This document shows, one piece after another, positions 61,623-64,000 of a DNA stretch of 64,000 bases. Within the stretch, counting starts at the first letter, position 1. Each line of letters starts with the position of its first letter. The notes under the pieces were generated by a model. That model saw nothing but the letters and a program-made list of their open reading frames with translations. It was not told the origin of the DNA and ran no database searches. Source of the DNA: Callorhinchus milii (lineage: Eukaryota); the NCBI RefSeq assembly GCF_018977255.1, contig NW_024704767.1:4216001-4280000 (forward strand), in the 5' to 3' direction. The position numbers and the translations under genes were made by a program.

Positions 61623-64000
61623 GTAAGTGCACTGGAAGCCTTCTCAGAATCATCTGGTTAAAGTGAGGCTTTGCGAGCTTTTCAAATTCTTATTTTAAAT
61701 GAACTATTATGATTTGCCATCAAGCTGCTATCAGGAAATATCCAGGCTCTGATGATGTTATATAAGCAAAGGCTGGCAATCATTTCAAAGGTATTCATGA
61801 CTATCAGGCAACTAGTAACATCATATTTAAAAATGACAGGACCGGAAATGTGAGTGACATTTGTAATAATCCCTCCAGCAAATAAAATAGTTACTGAAAG
61901 ACAAGGTTGTGAAAACGATTTAAAAAATCATCAGAGTGTGAGGATTTAAAAAAATAATATTTCTAGTAACTTTTCAGAATGGAGAAATCCCAGATCTTGC
62001 TTTTAATTCTAAAGATGATTTGATTTTAGAAAAACAAAATGATAATGCTGAAGACATATTTTAGTGTCACTTGATTATATTTTTAATATCAAAGTGATTG
62101 CAGAAGTTACACAAACTTTTACTGTCTAGTTAATCCAAGGCTTTGCCTCCACATAAATTGCGAGATTTCTGTTCCGTTCACCTCAGTGAAACAGCCTGCC
62201 TTCAATGCACAGGAATAGTTCAATGACCAGTCCTGTGTCAGGGATATTAACAAATCCACTCGTGTAACTTAACGAATGAAAGATACAACATAATTTCTTC
62301 AATAAGATGTTTTTCAATTCAAACCGGTGCCCCTAAAAACGTTCATCCTACATAACATGAAGATTTTCTTAAACATAACAGATTTGTTTTTGGTCTTACA
62401 CAAGATATCATGCATTGTTCAGCATATGATTAAGCTTGAAGAGATCAGATTGTCTGCACTTTCTGGCACAAACTCCAGCTCAGTAGGCGCCAGTGCTTTT
62501 ATCATTAGAAGAGCATCTATAGTACACTAAAGCAGATCTTAACGTAAGGAAGATGCAACACCACTGTGGAATGTATAGCTGCAGCCTTGCAGTCACATAT
62601 ATCATTTAAAGACACACCGAGCATACATAGCAAAGAGCATTGGAATTTCAAGACTCTCTGTGGATCCTTATCTAATGCATTTTCAGGTCTAATTTACACA
62701 AACACTCATCAGTGAACAAAGCAACATGAACAGCAAAAATCATTTTCTGCGAAGGTGTTCTTCCAAATTCATCTCTCCTCCTTACGCATCGACTTAATTC
62801 TGTTCAAAACCCATGGGTCCTGTTTAACACTGTCGTATTTACACTGACACAAAATCACTGTTTAATTTGTCATTTTAAACTGCCTTTTAATAGACAGCAA
62901 AAATACACTTCTTAAAATATGTGCTCAACATAATTGGTTTGAATTATATTTGATTGCTGTCATCAAAGGTACCATTTTATGTCATGAATGAAGGAACAAT
63001 TTGTTCTGGAGTCCAAGGGATGGCAAAGGATCTATACTATTCTTTTATTATCTACCCAATCATTACTCCATTTTCTCTCCCAACTGCATACTGCCCACAG
63101 CCATTAACGTTTTGCCTAATTTCTTCTGAAAAGAGGAGCAGTTGTATTCGGCTGCCAATGTAATTGACATTCATAATGTAAGTACAGAGTGCTTCACAAA
63201 CTTCACTGAAATTCAAAGGTCTGAACTAACTCAAATTATTGACATCCTCTGGCAACGAGAAAGGTGCTGTTAAATGCAGCCTTGATCAGCAATATTTATC
63301 AGTATTTGCAAACCAGATACTGGAAATGTTCAGTTTGTGACATGCCACTGCCTTTGGGTCATTTCGTGGTTGATAAAAGGATCATTAAGTACCAAAAAAA
63401 AAGCACTCTTTTCCCCAAACTCTCCAACTTACATTTCCCCCCCCCCACAGATTTTAAAATTAACTGGCTAAAGGAAACAGCTTGATCTATCGTTCCAATC
63501 TGTTGGATTGTCTCTGAACATGTTGCATGCGTTAAGCAGTATCTTTCTGCTGATCTACACGAGATCCATTTCAACACAGAACAATGTCTTTAACTCTTAA
63601 CATGCCAGTCACTACTTATATTGTTCTAACCATTGGATTTTAGCATAAAACTTCAATTGGCTATGTTCCCGCCATAATATCGTCTAGGGGGCAAATTGAG
63701 ATACCATGTCCCAAGTTGGTAAGGATACAGTGACAAAGATATTTGCAATGGAAAATGCTTCTAAAAAGATCGGTGAATGATGGAGGATGTGGGTGTGTTA
63801 GGAACTCCAGTGCGGAATCATAAAAGTCAACCCCGGACTCTTAGTGAGAATTTGCAGGCAGTAAGTGCAGTGAATTCAAAGATCAGAACTGACTCAAATC
63901 TGTTGACATCAGAAGCAGACTTTACAGAAAACCTGATCAATATTTCTTACAACTTTGTTACAGCCTCTGATGGAATCTTACCCACTGGTTTTTCATCTCC

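Overview
This is AT-rich vertebrate genomic DNA with no CpG island. The repeat content (shark-type CR1 tails, L2, DeuSINE-type and tRNA-derived SINEs) points to a cartilaginous fish, probably a chimaera such as Callorhinchus; that assignment is inferred. The only protein-coding gene I can support is the 5' part of a class-4 semaphorin, most like SEMA4B, on the minus strand. It has six coding exons (19130-19013, 4006-3846, 3017-2955, 2861-2763, 2659-2548, 1396-1283) with GT-AG junctions and matching phases. They splice into 222 uninterrupted codons covering the signal peptide and the N-terminal half of the Sema domain, and the gene continues past position 1. The ATG exon has its own splice acceptor and a 34-codon uORF in frame with the main ORF, so at least one non-coding exon should lie further upstream. 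Positions ~21.5-64 kb contain no recognisable coding exon, only unique non-coding DNA and old retroposon fragments. Almost all of the supplied ORFs are chance ORFs or transposon remnants. I found no new multi-gene system. The most unusual signals are a multi-template-switch scar forming a perfect 34-bp hairpin (14339-14542), a CR1 fragment flanked by a 61-bp direct repeat (28379-29139), the in-frame uORF, and modular SINE/L2 tail sharing. Repeat boundaries are approximate and were read by eye.
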